The notes beneath the pieces were generated by a model, which was given only the letters and a program-made list of their open reading frames with translations, was not told where the DNA came from and did not search any database. A stretch of DNA of 64,000 bases from Candidatus Tayloriibacteriota bacterium (lineage in GTDB: Bacteria > Patescibacteriota > Minisyncoccia > Phycocordibacterales > UBA6065), in contig JACRJQ010000002.1 in NCBI GenBank assembly GCA_016215405.1, positions 59,597 to 123,596 on the forward strand. Reading direction: 5' to 3'. Each line of letters begins with the position of its first letter. Within the stretch, counting starts at the first letter, position 1. Shown here one piece after another: positions 7,563-18,469 of this stretch. Made by a program: the position numbers and the translations under genes.

Positions 7563-9317
7563 TCAGCTCCTCGCCTCCCCTTGCGAGAGCATCTCGCTAA
7601 AGAACAGCGCTTCGTATTGCGGGACCTTGTTCATGAGGTCCCAGTGCTTGCCCACCGCTACGACCTTTCCATCCTTCACGAAGGCGACTTGGTCAGAGAG
7701 GAGCGCCGTCGTATACCGATGCGCGATAGCGAGCACCGTTATACCCCGCTCTTTGGCGATCTTGCGAATCGCTTCGAGGACCTTGGCCTCGTTCTCGTTG
7801 TCGAGCGCGCTCGTCGCCTCGTCGAGGACGAGAAGCTTCGGGTTCGACATGAGGGCACGCGCTATCGCGATCCTCTGACGCTCTCCCCCCGACACCCTGT
7901 CTATGGGCTCGCCGAGGCGATGGCTGTCGCAGAGGTCCCCGAGCCTGATATCCCGCAAGAGCCTCTCTTTCGCTTCGAACGGGACATCCTTTGCGTGACC
8001 GTTAAGCGCATAGTCGATGTTCTCTTCGATGGTCATACTAGAGAAGAACAGAGGCTTTTGCTCAACGAGTCCCACGAACCTCCAGAACGACCTCATGTCG
8101 AGCGTCCTCATGTCTCTGCCGCTTACGAGCACCCGTCCATCCCGAGGCCGGAACGCTCCGATCGCCATGTTGGCGATCGTCGTCTTTCCCGACCCTGACG
8201 GCCCCACGAGCGCCGTGATGCTCCCTGGAGACATCTCCAGGGACACGTTGTCGATCGCGGCCCTTCTCTGAAACGACGAGCCGAGATGCCGGTATGAGGC
8301 GCTTTCGATCTTCAGTCCCTCGAAGGAGTCGATTTTTATCGAGCTCTCCGGAGCCGTCTCGAGGGACGGCGTCTCGAAGAACTCGATGAGGGCCATGATG
8401 CGGGACCATTCTTCCATAAGCGACCTTTGCAGAGCGCCCATCGAGAACATGGAATCGAACGCGGCATACGACCACCCCATCACGACGATGAAGTAGCTCG
8501 GCTCGATCTCCCCCTTTGCCATGAGGCGAAGGGAGATGAAGAGCACGAGCGTCATGCAGGCGAAGCAGAACATGTCGCGCTGCACCAGGGTCCTGGTTAT
8601 ATGGCCGAGCCACAGCTCCTCGCCCTTCCTGGCGTACTTACCGTATTCCGACCTATAGTCGTCGACGGCCCGTTTGCCTTGATTGGTGAGGATGATGAGC
8701 CGCATATTCGCCGCCTTCTCCCAGAATTCTGCGCCGATGCGGTTCTCTTCCCTATCGTATTCCTTTACCCTCTCGAATATGTCCCAGTCTATCTTGATGC
8801 CCACCGCGATGAAGCAGAGGAGGCACAAGAGGACTATGGACGCCACGAGCCAGTGGATGAAGAAGAGGCCGACGGCGGTCACGAAGAGCAAGGAGGCGAT
8901 AGGCAAGATATCCGTGAATATCTTGCTTATCGTCCCTCTTACCGCGAGCTCGCCTTTCTCGATGACCTCCCTGCGCCTCTCGCTGCCTTCGGTCACCTGT
9001 TCGAGCGACAGTCCGCAGAGCTTCTTCAAAACGGCGACGTCGAGCCTCTCAAGGAGGCCGTAGCCGATCCTCTTGAAGTTCTCTTTGGTTTGGACGGACC
9101 TCAAGACGATCGCGAAGAGCGTCGCCGCCGTCGCCATCGCCGCGAGGGCGTAGTCGACCATGCCGGTCTTTGTGAACTCATCGGCGATCCGTCCGTAAAG
9201 ATACGGCGCGGCGATCACCATGAGGGGCATGAGAAGCGTCGCCGCCCCTAATACCAAGAATTGCGGTAGAAACGGCAGGCATATCCTGACGATCTTTCTG
9301 ACGGTGTGTGGCTTCAC
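7563..9317 (-). CDS. ABC exporter, fused permease/ATP-binding protein
   Basis: TM domain, Walker A GPSGSGKT, signature VSGGERQR, Walker B LVLDEATSALD, H-loop AHR. Confidence 0.92.
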   Translation of the reverse strand: MKPHTVRKIVRICLPFLPQFLVLGAATLLMPLMVIAAPYLYGRIADEFTKTGMVDYALAAMATAATLFAIVLRSVQTKENFKRIGYGLLERLDVAVLKKLCGLSLEQVTEGSERRREVIEKGELAVRGTISKIFTDILPIASLLFVTAVGLFFIHWLVASIVLLCLLCFIAVGIKIDWDIFERVKEYDREENRIGAEFWEKAANMRLIILTNQGKRAVDDYRSEYGKYARKGEELWLGHITRTLVQRDMFCFACMTLVLFISLRLMAKGEIEPSYFIVVMGWSYAAFDSMFSMGALQRSLMEEWSRIMALIEFFETPSLETAPESSIKIDSFEGLKIESASYRHLGSSFQRRAAIDNVSLEMSPGSITALVGPSGSGKTTIANMAIGAFRPRDGRVLVSGRDMRTLDMRSFWRFVGLVEQKPLFFSSMTIEENIDYALNGHAKDVPFEAKERLLRDIRLGDLCDSHRLGEPIDRVSGGERQRIAIARALMSNPKLLVLDEATSALDNENEAKVLEAIRKIAKERGITVLAIAHRYTTALLSDQVAFVKDGKVVAVGKHWDLMNKVPQYEALFFSEMLSQGEARS

Positions 9318-9460
9318 TCTGGTTCCTTTCGTTGTGCTGGTTGCTGAGCTGAAATGGATTCAAAGAACAAAACTGGCCGTGATCGGCCAGGTCTTGTCGG
9401 AAATTTTTCAATTTCTAATTTCCAGAGGTACTACGCGGGAAAGATGGTCTTTGTTTCCCT

Positions 9461-10543
9461 CTACAACCCCTCTTTCCTGAGCTCCTCGATCTTCTTCCTC
9501 GCCTCCTTGGAGAGCTTGCGCGGCATATCGATATGGACGACGACGAGTATGTCGCCGCGATGAGACTTCGACGCTGGGACGCCTCTGCCTTTGACCCGCA
9601 GCACCTCGCCCTCGCTCGTGCCCTCGGGGATCTTGAGAGATATGTCTCCGTCGAGGGTTTTGAGCGCGTATTCGGTGCCGAGGAGAGCATCGGTGAGCTT
9701 TACCGAGACCTCAGTCACGAGGTTGTGCCCCTCCTTGCGCCAGATCGCGTGCTTTTTGACGTGCACCCTTATATAGAGGTCGCCCGCCTCTCCGCCCGAG
9801 ATCGCCTCGCCGGCGCCAGTAAGCCGCACCATCTCGCCTTGATCTATGCCCGGCGGGACCTTGACCTTTATCTCCTGATTTTTCTTGTGTATGCCCGAGC
9901 CGCGACAGACAGGACACTTCTCCTCAGGCTCTTTACCCGAGCCGCGACAGGTCGAGCAGGTACGGGTCGTCTGGAACGCGCCGAGGATCGAGCGCTTTAT
10001 CTCGGTCACCCTGCCCTGACCGTTGCAGGTCGAGCAGGTCTTCATCTTGGCACCCTTCTTCGCTCCCGAGCCGGAGCATTCCGAGCATGTCGAGGCTTTG
10101 TTGAGCGTGAGGGTCTTCTCGACGCCGAAGATCGATTCCTCGAATGTCAGGTCGATGTCAACCTGTATGTCAGAGCCGCGCGCCGGCCTGCGCGAGCGTC
10201 CGCCGCCGAAGATATCTCCGAACACGTCACCGAGGTCGAACTCAACGCCGCCTTGCCCGAAGCCTCCTTGCTGGAACCCAGAAAAGTCAAAGCCGCCGAA
10301 ATCGTTCGGATTGAATCCTGCTCCTCCCATGCCAGGGCCGGCAGAGCCGAATTGGTCGTACTGAGCGCGCTTCTTCTCGTCGCCGAGGACGGAGTACGCT
10401 TCGTTCGCCTCCTTAAATTTCGCGTCGTTGCCCCCTTGCTTGTCCGGATGATGCTCGTGGGCGAGCTTTCGGAACGCCTTCTTTATCTCGTCTTGCGACG
10501 CGCCTTTATCGACTCCGAGTATCTTGTAATAGTCTTTTCCCAT
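9461..10543 (-). CDS. dnaJ: Chaperone DnaJ
   Basis: J domain HPD, G/F region, four CxxCxGxG repeats. Confidence 0.98.
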   Translation of the reverse strand: MGKDYYKILGVDKGASQDEIKKAFRKLAHEHHPDKQGGNDAKFKEANEAYSVLGDEKKRAQYDQFGSAGPGMGGAGFNPNDFGGFDFSGFQQGGFGQGGVEFDLGDVFGDIFGGGRSRRPARGSDIQVDIDLTFEESIFGVEKTLTLNKASTCSECSGSGAKKGAKMKTCSTCNGQGRVTEIKRSILGAFQTTRTCSTCRGSGKEPEEKCPVCRGSGIHKKNQEIKVKVPPGIDQGEMVRLTGAGEAISGGEAGDLYIRVHVKKHAIWRKEGHNLVTEVSVKLTDALLGTEYALKTLDGDISLKIPEGTSEGEVLRVKGRGVPASKSHRGDILVVVHIDMPRKLSKEARKKIEELRKEGL

Positions 10544-10545
10544 AC

Positions 10546-10573
10546 TTGACTTTTGCTATTATTATGCTATACT
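10546..10573 (+). promoter_or_regulatory. sigma70-like promoter for the small divergent ORF
   Basis: TTGACT-16-TATACT. Confidence 0.5.
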
Positions 10574-10649
10574 ATACATAGGACTTTAACAAGGGATTGG
10601 CTCCAAAGGAAGCCGCGGTGTTCCCTAACAACTACACCTGACAATCAGC

Positions 10650-10868
10650 ATGAACCTTAAAAAACGTTTCGAATCCCTTAAAGGGAAGCTCGTCTCTGTC
10701 TCCTACGGTAAGGGGGACTACGTCGAGGCTCGCGTAAACGAGATCGGCGATGACCACGTCGTCATCGGCCGACGCATCGTGACGTTCACATCTATCGAAT
10801 CGGTTGTCGATATCTCTCCGGAGAATCAACCATCGTTCTGGACGTGGCTCCGACGCATGTTCGCGTAA
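10650..10868 (+). CDS. Small hypothetical protein
   Basis: 72-aa ORF in the dnaK-dnaJ gap with an upstream promoter. Confidence 0.55.
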   Translation: MNLKKRFESLKGKLVSVSYGKGDYVEARVNEIGDDHVVIGRRIVTFTSIESVVDISPENQPSFWTWLRRMFA

Positions 10869-11041
10869 GCGAGCACTCGACCAAGCAGACACCCTACTCT
10901 TCACGATCCTCCTGGATCATGAAGAGGCTGGCTGTCTGCTTTTTTCGTATCCAAGCTCTCTCTTTTACGTCTTTCCGGCCCGCGAGCCGGAATCCAAGAT
11001 CATTTGGTTCCCGGATCGAGTCTGGGAAGACAGAGAGGATA

Positions 11042-12928
11042 TTACTTCTTCTCCGTGTATTCCGCGTCTTTGACGTTGCCGTCCTTGCCGTCGTCCTTCT
11101 TTCCTTCTTCCTTAGGCGCTTCCTGTTGGGCCTTCATCATCGCCTCGCCTATCTTCTGCATAGACGACGAAAGGGCTTCGGAGGCCTTCTTTATAGCTTC
11201 GACGTCAGAGCCGTCTTTGACCTTCCTGAGGTCGGCGACCTTCGCCTCTACATCCGATTTCACATCGGCTGGAACCTTGTCGCCGGCGTCCTTAACCGAC
11301 TTCTCGGCAGTATAGATCATCTGCTCGGCGATATTCTTCGCCTCTGCCTCGGCGCGCTTCTTCTCGTCCTCGGCCGCGTTCATCTCTGCATCCTTCTTCA
11401 TGCGCTCGATGTCCTCTTTCGTGAGGCCAGACGAGCCTTGGATCTTTATCGACTGCTCTTTACCGGTCGACTTCTCCTTCGCCTTTACGTGGAGTATCCC
11501 GTTCGCGTCGATGTCGAAGGTGACCTCGACCTGCGGGACGCCGCGAGGGGCCGGCGGAATGCCGTCGAGGATGAACCTGCCGAGCGATTTGTTGTCGCGG
11601 GCCATCGCTCGATCGCCTTGGACGACATGGATCTCTACCGATGTCTGATTATCTGCCGCGGTCGAGAATATCTGGGACTTCGACGCAGGGATGGTCGTGT
11701 TCTTCTCGATGAGCTTGGTCGCGACGCCGCCCATGGTCTCGATGCCGAACGAGAGCGGGATGACGTCGAGGAGGAGCACGTCTTTGACATCGCCTTTGAG
11801 TACGCCGCCCTGGATGGCCGCGCCGATAGCGACGACCTCGTCAGGGTTAACGCCCATGTGAGGCTTCTTCTTAAAGAAGTCTTCTACGGCCTTCTGCATC
11901 GCGGGCATACGGGTCTGTCCGCCGACGAGGACGACCTCGTTGATGTCGCCCACCTTGAACGGAGAGGCCTCCATGGCGCGCCTGGTTATCTCCATAGCGC
12001 GATCGATGAACTCGCGAGTGAGCTCCTCGAGCTTGGCGCGAGTCATCTTCTTTACGAGGTGAAGCGGGCCGTCGGAGCCGACCGAGATGAACGGGATGTT
12101 TATCTCCGTCTCTACCGCTGTCGAAAGCTCGATCTTCGCCTTCTCGGCCGCATCGTCGAGGCGCTGCTTCGCGAGCGCGTCCTTCCTGAGGTCTACGCCA
12201 TTCTCCTTCTGGAATTCCTCGGCAAGCCAGTTGATGATCTTTTGGTCGATGTCCTTGCCGCCGAGATGGGCGTCGCCGTCCGTCGAACGGACCTCGACGA
12301 CCCCCTCGCCTACTTCGAGGACAGAGATGTCGAACGTTCCGCCTCCGAAGTCGAAGACGGCTATCTTTTCGTCCTTCTGTTTGTTAAAGCCGTACGCGAG
12401 AGCTGCCGCGGTCGGCTCGTTGATTATCCTTTTGACGTCGAGGCCGGCGATCTTGCCCGCATCCTTGGTGGCCTGTCGCTGCGAGTCGTTAAAGTACGCA
12501 GGCACGGTGATGACCGCCTCCGTGACAGGCTCTCCGAGGCGCGCCTCAGCGTCGGCCTTTATCTTGGCGAGTATCATGGCCGAGACCTCCTCCGGTCTGT
12601 ACCACTTATCTCCCATCTTTACCTCGACGCCGCCGTTCTCCGACTTCCTGGTCTCGAACGGAACGGCCTTCGCGTCTTTTTGAACCGAAGATTCTTCGAA
12701 ATTGTGGCCGATGAATCGCTTGATCTGGAATATGGTATTCCTCGGATTTGTTACCGACTGCCTCTTTGCGACGACGCCCACGACGCGCTCCTTCGTCTTT
12801 GTCTCTGCGACGATGGACGGAGTGGTGCGCATCCCTTCGGCGTTCTCGAGTATCTTCGGCTCGCCGCCTTCCATAACGGCGACGGCCGAGTTGGTGGTAC
12901 CGAGATCGATACCTATTATCTTTGACAT
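11042..12928 (-). CDS. dnaK: Chaperone DnaK
   Basis: [25 protein letters not shown] motifs. Confidence 0.99.
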   Translation of the reverse strand: MSKIIGIDLGTTNSAVAVMEGGEPKILENAEGMRTTPSIVAETKTKERVVGVVAKRQSVTNPRNTIFQIKRFIGHNFEESSVQKDAKAVPFETRKSENGGVEVKMGDKWYRPEEVSAMILAKIKADAEARLGEPVTEAVITVPAYFNDSQRQATKDAGKIAGLDVKRIINEPTAAALAYGFNKQKDEKIAVFDFGGGTFDISVLEVGEGVVEVRSTDGDAHLGGKDIDQKIINWLAEEFQKENGVDLRKDALAKQRLDDAAEKAKIELSTAVETEINIPFISVGSDGPLHLVKKMTRAKLEELTREFIDRAMEITRRAMEASPFKVGDINEVVLVGGQTRMPAMQKAVEDFFKKKPHMGVNPDEVVAIGAAIQGGVLKGDVKDVLLLDVIPLSFGIETMGGVATKLIEKNTTIPASKSQIFSTAADNQTSVEIHVVQGDRAMARDNKSLGRFILDGIPPAPRGVPQVEVTFDIDANGILHVKAKEKSTGKEQSIKIQGSSGLTKEDIERMKKDAEMNAAEDEKKRAEAEAKNIAEQMIYTAEKSVKDAGDKVPADVKSDVEAKVADLRKVKDGSDVEAIKKASEALSSSMQKIGEAMMKAQQEAPKEEGKKDDGKDGNVKDAEYTEKK

Positions 12929-12963
12929 GTAGTTAGAACGTTAGCTAAAGCTTGTAAAAGGCT

Positions 12964-13266
12964 TTAGGCGACGTTCGGGGCGCGAGCAGGTTGGCTTACG
13001 AGAAAGCACAGAGTAGATATGTAGGGCGCCACGTAGGCCAAAAATACGGCCTGGAGAGTCAAAAGAGGTTCGGCCCTGAATGCCTCTGGAAGGGCCAAAA
13101 CGGCCTCTTCGGGCGCTGTTCGAGCCTCTATCGGCCTCGTACCGAGGAACTTAACCTCGACGGCGCCCTCGATATTGATGAGCGCGAAGAACGCCAAAGC
13201 AGCCTCTCCGTTCCAGAGGGCGACCTTTCTAGTCGCTATGCGTATCTGAGGCTGCTTTATGAGCAT
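12964..13266 (-). CDS. Hypothetical protein
   Basis: 100-aa co-oriented ORF filling the grpE-dnaK gap. Confidence 0.55.
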   Translation of the reverse strand: MLIKQPQIRIATRKVALWNGEAALAFFALINIEGAVEVKFLGTRPIEARTAPEEAVLALPEAFRAEPLLTLQAVFLAYVAPYISTLCFLVSQPARAPNVA

Positions 13267-13281
13267 ATCGGTAATACGATT

Positions 13282-13923
13282 CTACTTCGATTTTATTTCC
13301 GCGACAACCACCTTAGCGGGCTTTACGAGCTTTCCGCCGAGGGTATAGCCCTTCTCGACGACGGAAAGAACGACATGGTCCTTCGAGGCGTCTTCTACAG
13401 GCTCATATCTGACGGCTTCGTGGAGGTTCGGATCGAATTTCTTGCCCGTCGGATCGACCTCTGCGAGACCATTCTGCTCGAGCGTGCCCTTAAGCTGGCC
13501 GTAGATATATTCGACGCCGGCGCGCCAGTTCTTGTCAGCCTTCTCCCACGCCTCCTTGTTCGAGAACGCCATCTGGAAGCTCTGGAGCACGGGCAAGAGC
13601 TCTTCGATGAGGCCCTCGTTCGCGATCTTTCGATACTCGGAGATGGATTCCTCCCAGCGCTTTTTCGCGTTCGCGAAATCCGCCTTCATCCTCTGCCAGC
13701 CGTCGAGGTACTCTTGCTTTTCCTTTAATGCGACGTCGAGCCTCTCGCGCAGCCTCTTAAAGGCCTCCGGCGATAGGTCACGCGTCTCTTCGGTCCCGTC
13801 GGCGATGACGTCAGAGGCCTCTTCTGCTTCCGCTTTTATCTTCTTCTTGGGTTCGAATTCTGACGAGTCTATCGTCACATCGTCCTTGTTCTCCTCGTGT
13901 TTTCTAGTCATATCGGTTTTCAT
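13282..13923 (-). CDS. grpE: Nucleotide exchange factor GrpE
   Basis: ADFAN, FDPNLHEA, KGYTL...PAKVVV. Confidence 0.97.
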   Translation of the reverse strand: MKTDMTRKHEENKDDVTIDSSEFEPKKKIKAEAEEASDVIADGTEETRDLSPEAFKRLRERLDVALKEKQEYLDGWQRMKADFANAKKRWEESISEYRKIANEGLIEELLPVLQSFQMAFSNKEAWEKADKNWRAGVEYIYGQLKGTLEQNGLAEVDPTGKKFDPNLHEAVRYEPVEDASKDHVVLSVVEKGYTLGGKLVKPAKVVVAEIKSK

Positions 13924-14027
13924 ATCTTAGCACCCATAACGGCTTTAAACGTTTGACATTTTAAGAAAAGAAGGTTTTGGTGTCAATATTATTTAGTCCT
14001 TTCCTTTGTCGGGCACTTTCTGAGAAA

Positions 14028-14194
14028 CTATCGCTTGCTCCAAGGTCTTCGACCACTTCCAACGCTCCGCTCTTTGGAAACTTCGGATTTTTCGCTTGGT
14101 CACAACTCTCACCTCGCCGTCGCTCGGTTCGGTCGCGACCCCGCCTCGCAATTGCTCGAAGCTCGCAATATAGCTCCGGCCGTCAAAACGATAA
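14028..14194 (-). repeat. Structured repeat element downstream of rpsI (related to 44019-44147)
   Basis: Inverted copy of the rpsI 3' end, then GGCCGGAGC, a hairpin, GCGAGGCGG and a stem enclosing GAGCGACGGCGAGG. Confidence 0.55.
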
Positions 14195-14217
14195 GCGCCC
14201 TGTTCGGGCGCTTTTGA

Positions 14218-14625
14218 TTATCGTTTTGACCACTGTGGCGACTTCCTTGCCTTCTTGAGACCGAACTTTCGGCGCTCCTTTGCTCGAGGGTCTCGCTTGA
14301 GCATCCCTGCCTTCTTGAGCTTCTTCCTGAGCTCCTTATCGTAGTCGAGGAGAGATCGGGAAATGCCGTGGCGGAGAGCCTCTGCCTGAGAATGGATGCC
14401 GCCTCCAGTAAGGATCGCGGTGACCTTGAACTTCTGGGCGAGCTTTGTCTCGGCGAATGGCGATTCGACGATAGTCTGCATCTCCTGGGTGACGAAATAC
14501 GAGGCGAGATCCTTCTCGTTTATCTCGAAGGACTGCTTTGCGGCAGGCGTGATGCGCACGCGAGCGATAGCGGTCTTGCGTCGGCCGACGGCTTCGAAGT
14601 ATCTGGTTTTCTCTACGGTAGTCAT
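14218..14625 (-). CDS. rpsI: 30S ribosomal protein S9
   Basis: GRRKTA, GGG..SQA, C-terminal QWSKR. Confidence 0.99.
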   Translation of the reverse strand: MTTVEKTRYFEAVGRRKTAIARVRITPAAKQSFEINEKDLASYFVTQEMQTIVESPFAETKLAQKFKVTAILTGGGIHSQAEALRHGISRSLLDYDKELRKKLKKAGMLKRDPRAKERRKFGLKKARKSPQWSKR

Positions 14626-14635
14626 ATATTAAAGC

Positions 14636-14986
14636 TTATTCTGTTACGACCAAGTTCTTGAGCATCTTCGCCTGAAGCTTGTTCTTCGGGAGCATGCCCT
14701 TTACCGCGATCTTGAACGCCTCGCCATAGCCCTTCTTCTCGATCATGCGCTTGAGGGTCGTGTCGATGAGGCCGCCTGGATATCCGGTATAGCGTCTGTA
14801 TACCTTCTCGTCCTTCTTTTTTTCCGAGACGTCAGCTTTGGAAGCGTTTATGATGCGCACCTCGACGTCGGCGACGACGTTAGGCTGGTATGCAGGGGTG
14901 TTCTTGCCCATGAGGACCTTCGCCGCCTCAGTGGCGACTCGTCCTATCTTCTTTGCCTGCGCGTCTATGGTGTGGGTGGTTCTCAT
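14636..14986 (-). CDS. rplM: 50S ribosomal protein L13
   Basis: IGRVA, YTGYPGG, AVKGMLPKN. Confidence 0.98.
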   Translation of the reverse strand: MRTTHTIDAQAKKIGRVATEAAKVLMGKNTPAYQPNVVADVEVRIINASKADVSEKKKDEKVYRRYTGYPGGLIDTTLKRMIEKKGYGEAFKIAVKGMLPKNKLQAKMLKNLVVTE

Positions 14987-14997
14987 GGCGATGATTC

Positions 14998-15351
14998 TTA
15001 TTTGACGAACTGGATATGAGCCATCTTGGCGCCATCGGACTTCCTGAGAGGAAGCTTTATGACGCGGGTATAGCCGCCCTTTCGGTCCTTGTGGAGGGGC
15101 GCGATGACCTCGACGAGCTTCTTTACCGCCTTAGCGTCGCCGATCTCCGAAGAGAGGATCCTGCGAGCCGCGAGAGTGCCCGACTTCGCCTTCGTCACCA
15201 TAGGCTCGACGAACATCCGAAGCTCTTTTGCCTTCGCTTCGGTGGTGGTGATGCCCTCGTGGAGGACAAGCGAGCGCACCAAAGATCGGACGAGCGCGCT
15301 GCGCTGGCCCTTCTCCCTGCCGAATACCCTGAATTTCTCGTGCTTTCTCAT
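14998..15351 (-). CDS. rplQ: 50S ribosomal protein L17
   Basis: ITTTEAKAKELR, GGYTRVIK, RKSDGA. Confidence 0.98.
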   Translation of the reverse strand: MRKHEKFRVFGREKGQRSALVRSLVRSLVLHEGITTTEAKAKELRMFVEPMVTKAKSGTLAARRILSSEIGDAKAVKKLVEVIAPLHKDRKGGYTRVIKLPLRKSDGAKMAHIQFVK

Positions 15352-15400
15352 TGTAGCGTTGGATGCCTAGATTAACTTTTTCGAAACGAAATGTAAAGAC

Positions 15401-16363
15401 TTACTTGAGCGTTATGCCGAATTCCGAGAGGGCCTTCTTTATCTCCTGGATGCCTTTCGGTCCGAGGCCCTCGATGTTCTCGATGTCCATCTCCTTCTTT
15501 CGGACGAGCCCGCCGACGGTTCGGATGTTCGCGTTCGCGAGAGCGTTAGTGGTCCTCTGGGACATGCCGAGGGTCTCGATCCTCGTCTTGAGGAACTCGG
15601 TGTCGAGCTCCTTCTTTGGAGCCGACGACGCCTCTGCGCGCACCTCTTCCTTAGCAGGGATGATCTCCTCTTCCTTGAATCCTACGATCGCCTTGAGCTG
15701 GTTGATCATGATAGAGATCGACCTCTCGAGGGCCTCGTGCGGGGTGACGGTGCCGTCGGTCTCTATAGAGATCTTGAGGCGGTTGAAGTCCGTCCTGTCG
15801 CCCACTCGCATGTTCTCTACCTCGTAATTCACTCGGCGGATAGGAGTGAACGTCGCGTCGAGAGAGATGGTGCCGATGTCGACGCGGTCCTTCTGGAGGA
15901 CATCCTTCGAAACGTATCCAAGGCCGCGAGCGACCGTGATCTCCATGTCGAGCTCTGCGTTCTTGTCGGTAAGGGAGGCGATATGGAGGTCCGAGTTGAG
16001 GATCTCGATCTGGCCCGGAGCCTTTATGTCGGCGGCGGTGATATCCTTTACGCCCTTTACCTTTACAGAAAGGACCTGAGGCTCGTCGGTCGACATCTTG
16101 ATCCTGAGGCGCTTGAGGTTAAGAAGGATCGTGATGACGTCCTCCTTTACGCCGGAGATGGTCGAGAACTCGTGCGACACGCCTGCGATCTTCACGTGGG
16201 TGACCGCAGTGCCGGGAAGCGACGAGAGGATGATGCGTCGGAGCGAGTTTCCGAGGGTGTGGCCGTAGCCCGGATAGAGGCCATCTATCTCGTATACGCC
16301 TGAAGAATCCTTCTCGAGGACGATCTTCGGCTTGGACGGGAGTACTACGTTGATATCGCTCAT
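15401..16363 (-). CDS. rpoA: RNA polymerase subunit alpha
   Basis: GHTLGNSLRRIILSS, RVGDRTDF, alpha-CTD. Confidence 0.99.
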   Translation of the reverse strand: MSDINVVLPSKPKIVLEKDSSGVYEIDGLYPGYGHTLGNSLRRIILSSLPGTAVTHVKIAGVSHEFSTISGVKEDVITILLNLKRLRIKMSTDEPQVLSVKVKGVKDITAADIKAPGQIEILNSDLHIASLTDKNAELDMEITVARGLGYVSKDVLQKDRVDIGTISLDATFTPIRRVNYEVENMRVGDRTDFNRLKISIETDGTVTPHEALERSISIMINQLKAIVGFKEEEIIPAKEEVRAEASSAPKKELDTEFLKTRIETLGMSQRTTNALANANIRTVGGLVRKKEMDIENIEGLGPKGIQEIKKALSEFGITLK

Positions 16364-16410
16364 GTTTTTTATCTTAAAATTCTTAACCCTCTTAAACCCC
16401 TAATAATCGA

Positions 16411-17016
16411 TTATCGGCTGTAGAACTCGATCACCTGGCCAAGATTGAAAAGATGCTCTGTAGGATTATGCTTCGGCATGCCCTGGACCCCTGCGACCTT
16501 CTTGTCCGCGTCGTAGGAGAGCCACGAAGGAAGCGCGACTTTCTTCGCCTTCTCGTCGAACTCCTTGAAGAGAGGCTTCTTCTGGCTCGCGTTGCGGACG
16601 GTTATCTTGTCGCCCATAGATACGGTGAGAGAAGGAACGTTCGTCCTCTTTCCGTTCACGAGGATATGGCCGTGGGACACCATCTGTCGAGCGGCCTGGC
16701 GGGTCGGAGCCCAGCCGAGGCGGTACACGACGTTGTCGAGCCTCGTTTCGAGCCTCTCGAAGAGGGCCTGGACGGTGTTCACGCCCTTCTTCTCTACGGA
16801 TTCCTTTACGTACTTCTTGAACTGCCTCTCGAGGATGCCGTAGGTGTATCGGACCTTCTGCTTCTCGAGCACGGCCAAGGCGTAGTCGCCTTTAGGGCGA
16901 TAGGATCCCTTGACTCCCTTTCGCTCCTGCCTGAGGGCGAACTTCTGGGTCTGAGTCTTCTCGAAGATGTTCGCGCCGAGGCGGCGGGCTATCTTATATT
17001 TTGGTCCGATTTTCAT
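16411..17016 (-). CDS. rpsD: 30S ribosomal protein S4
   Basis: EKQK.R..YG, LETRLDNVVYR, ARQMVSHGH. Confidence 0.99.
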   Translation of the reverse strand: MKIGPKYKIARRLGANIFEKTQTQKFALRQERKGVKGSYRPKGDYALAVLEKQKVRYTYGILERQFKKYVKESVEKKGVNTVQALFERLETRLDNVVYRLGWAPTRQAARQMVSHGHILVNGKRTNVPSLTVSMGDKITVRNASQKKPLFKEFDEKAKKVALPSWLSYDADKKVAGVQGMPKHNPTEHLFNLGQVIEFYSR

Positions 17017-17040
17017 GATAAAAGAATGATATTAAATGCC

Positions 17041-17472
17041 TTATACGCGTCGAGGCTTCTTCGCTCGAGGGCCGTTGAACGGCACCGGAGTGACGTCCTT
17101 GACGGAAGAAAGGCTGATGCCCTTCGTGATGAAGCTCCTTACCGCTGACTCGCGGCCCGAACCCACTCCCTTGATGACGGCCGCTACCTCCTTTACCCCC
17201 ATAAGCTTCGCCTTTTCCGCGAGAACCTCGCCGACCTTGGCAGCTGCGAAAGGAGTCCCCTTTTTCGCGCCCTTGAAGCCGAGAGCGCCTGCGGATGAAG
17301 CCGCGAGAGCGTTCCCCTTCGTATCGGTAAGGAGGCACATGGTGTTGTTGTACGTCGACTGTACGTAGAGGATGCCTGCGTCGACCTTCCTCTTTGGCGC
17401 CTTCGCTACGGCCTCCTTCTTGGGAGCGTCCGCGACTTTCTTATCCTCTACTTTCTTCTTTGCTTCTGCCAT
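17041..17472 (-). CDS. rpsK: 30S ribosomal protein S11
   Basis: STYNNT, GTPFAA, DVTPVPFNG. Confidence 0.99.
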   Translation of the reverse strand: MAEAKKKVEDKKVADAPKKEAVAKAPKRKVDAGILYVQSTYNNTMCLLTDTKGNALAASSAGALGFKGAKKGTPFAAAKVGEVLAEKAKLMGVKEVAAVIKGVGSGRESAVRSFITKGISLSSVKDVTPVPFNGPRAKKPRRV

Positions 17473-17498
17473 GTGAATGTGGGGTTTCTGTTAAGTGA

Positions 17499-17879
17499 TT
17501 ATTTCTTGTCGGCAACCTTTCGTCCGGTGCCCATGGTCTTTCGGACGTTTCCTCGGCGAGTTCGAGAGTTGGTCTTCGTCCTCTGGCCGTTCACGGGAAG
17601 GCTTCGGGCATGGCGCACACCGCGATATGCCTTTATGTCTTTGAGGCGCTTCACGTTAGAAGCGACCTCTCGCTTGAGGTCTCCTTCGATCTTGAGGCCT
17701 TCCATCGCCTTCTTGATAGCGTTCTCCTCGTCCGCGGTGACCTCTTTCGCCTTCTTATTGAAATCTACCTTCGCCTCGGCGAGAAGCGCCTTTGCGCGGG
17801 ATCGTCCGATACCATAGAGAGCCGTGAGGGCGATCTCTATGCGCTTTTCGTCTGGAAGGGTGATACCGAGGATTCGCAT
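17499..17879 (-). CDS. rpsM: 30S ribosomal protein S13
   Basis: MRILG..., YGIG, LPVNGQRTKTN; start moved to the second Met. Confidence 0.98.
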   Translation of the reverse strand: MRILGITLPDEKRIEIALTALYGIGRSRAKALLAEAKVDFNKKAKEVTADEENAIKKAMEGLKIEGDLKREVASNVKRLKDIKAYRGVRHARSLPVNGQRTKTNSRTRRGNVRKTMGTGRKVADKK

Positions 17880-17980
17880 GATGAAGGGTTGGTTAAAAAT
17901 GAAAAACAAAACACGAAGGGTTTCGTGTAAGAGTCGTGGATTGCTACTCTAGCATACGTCTAATAATAAGTAAAGCCGAA

Positions 17981-18097
17981 TTAGCCCTGCCTTTGCTTAT
18001 GGCGGGGATTGCCCTTGCAGACGATATACACATAGCCCTTCCTTCGGACCACGATGCACTTCGCGCACTTCTTCTTTACGGATGACTTTACTCTCAT
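17981..18097 (-). CDS. rpmJ: 50S ribosomal protein L36 (Zn-binding form; absent from the ORF track)
   Basis: Manual translation [38 protein letters not shown]. Confidence 0.98.
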   Translation of the reverse strand: MRVKSSVKKKCAKCIVVRRKGYVYIVCKGNPRHKQRQG

Positions 18098-18184
18098 TGT
18101 ATTAAGGCTCTAAGCGTTAGGCCCTAGGCGCTTTGCTCATTTCCCTCTCAAAGCCGAGCGCCTAAGGACTATCTTGCTAATCTT

Positions 18185-18397
18185 CTACATTCTCTGGATG
18201 ATCCTCGCCTTGCCCCCGTAGGGCTCAGGCTCGAGGCGTACCTTGTCGCCGACGAGGACTCGGATGCGATTCATCCTCATCTTCCCTGCGAGGTACGATA
18301 GTATCTCGGTGCCATCCTCGAGCTTTACCCTAAAGAACGTGTTGGGCAATGCTTCCGTGACGACGCCGAGAACGCTAATTTTATTTTGATCTGCCAT
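18185..18397 (-). CDS. infA: Translation initiation factor IF-1
   Basis: EALPNTFFRV, GKMRMNRIRVLVGDKV. Confidence 0.98.
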   Translation of the reverse strand: MADQNKISVLGVVTEALPNTFFRVKLEDGTEILSYLAGKMRMNRIRVLVGDKVRLEPEPYGGKARIIQRM

Positions 18398-18469
18398 TAG
18401 AACGAGGAAGTCAGTATAAACCGAAGAAGGAGCGAAGTCAAACAGGCTCCGAGCGGAGCCTGTTTTTCC

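Noticed and set aside
10844-12925. Long antisense ORFs (693 aa opposite dnaK; also 47708-49804, 56012-57391, 31419-32720 and others)
   Set aside because: Codon-bias shadows of well-conserved minus-strand genes, with no motifs of their own
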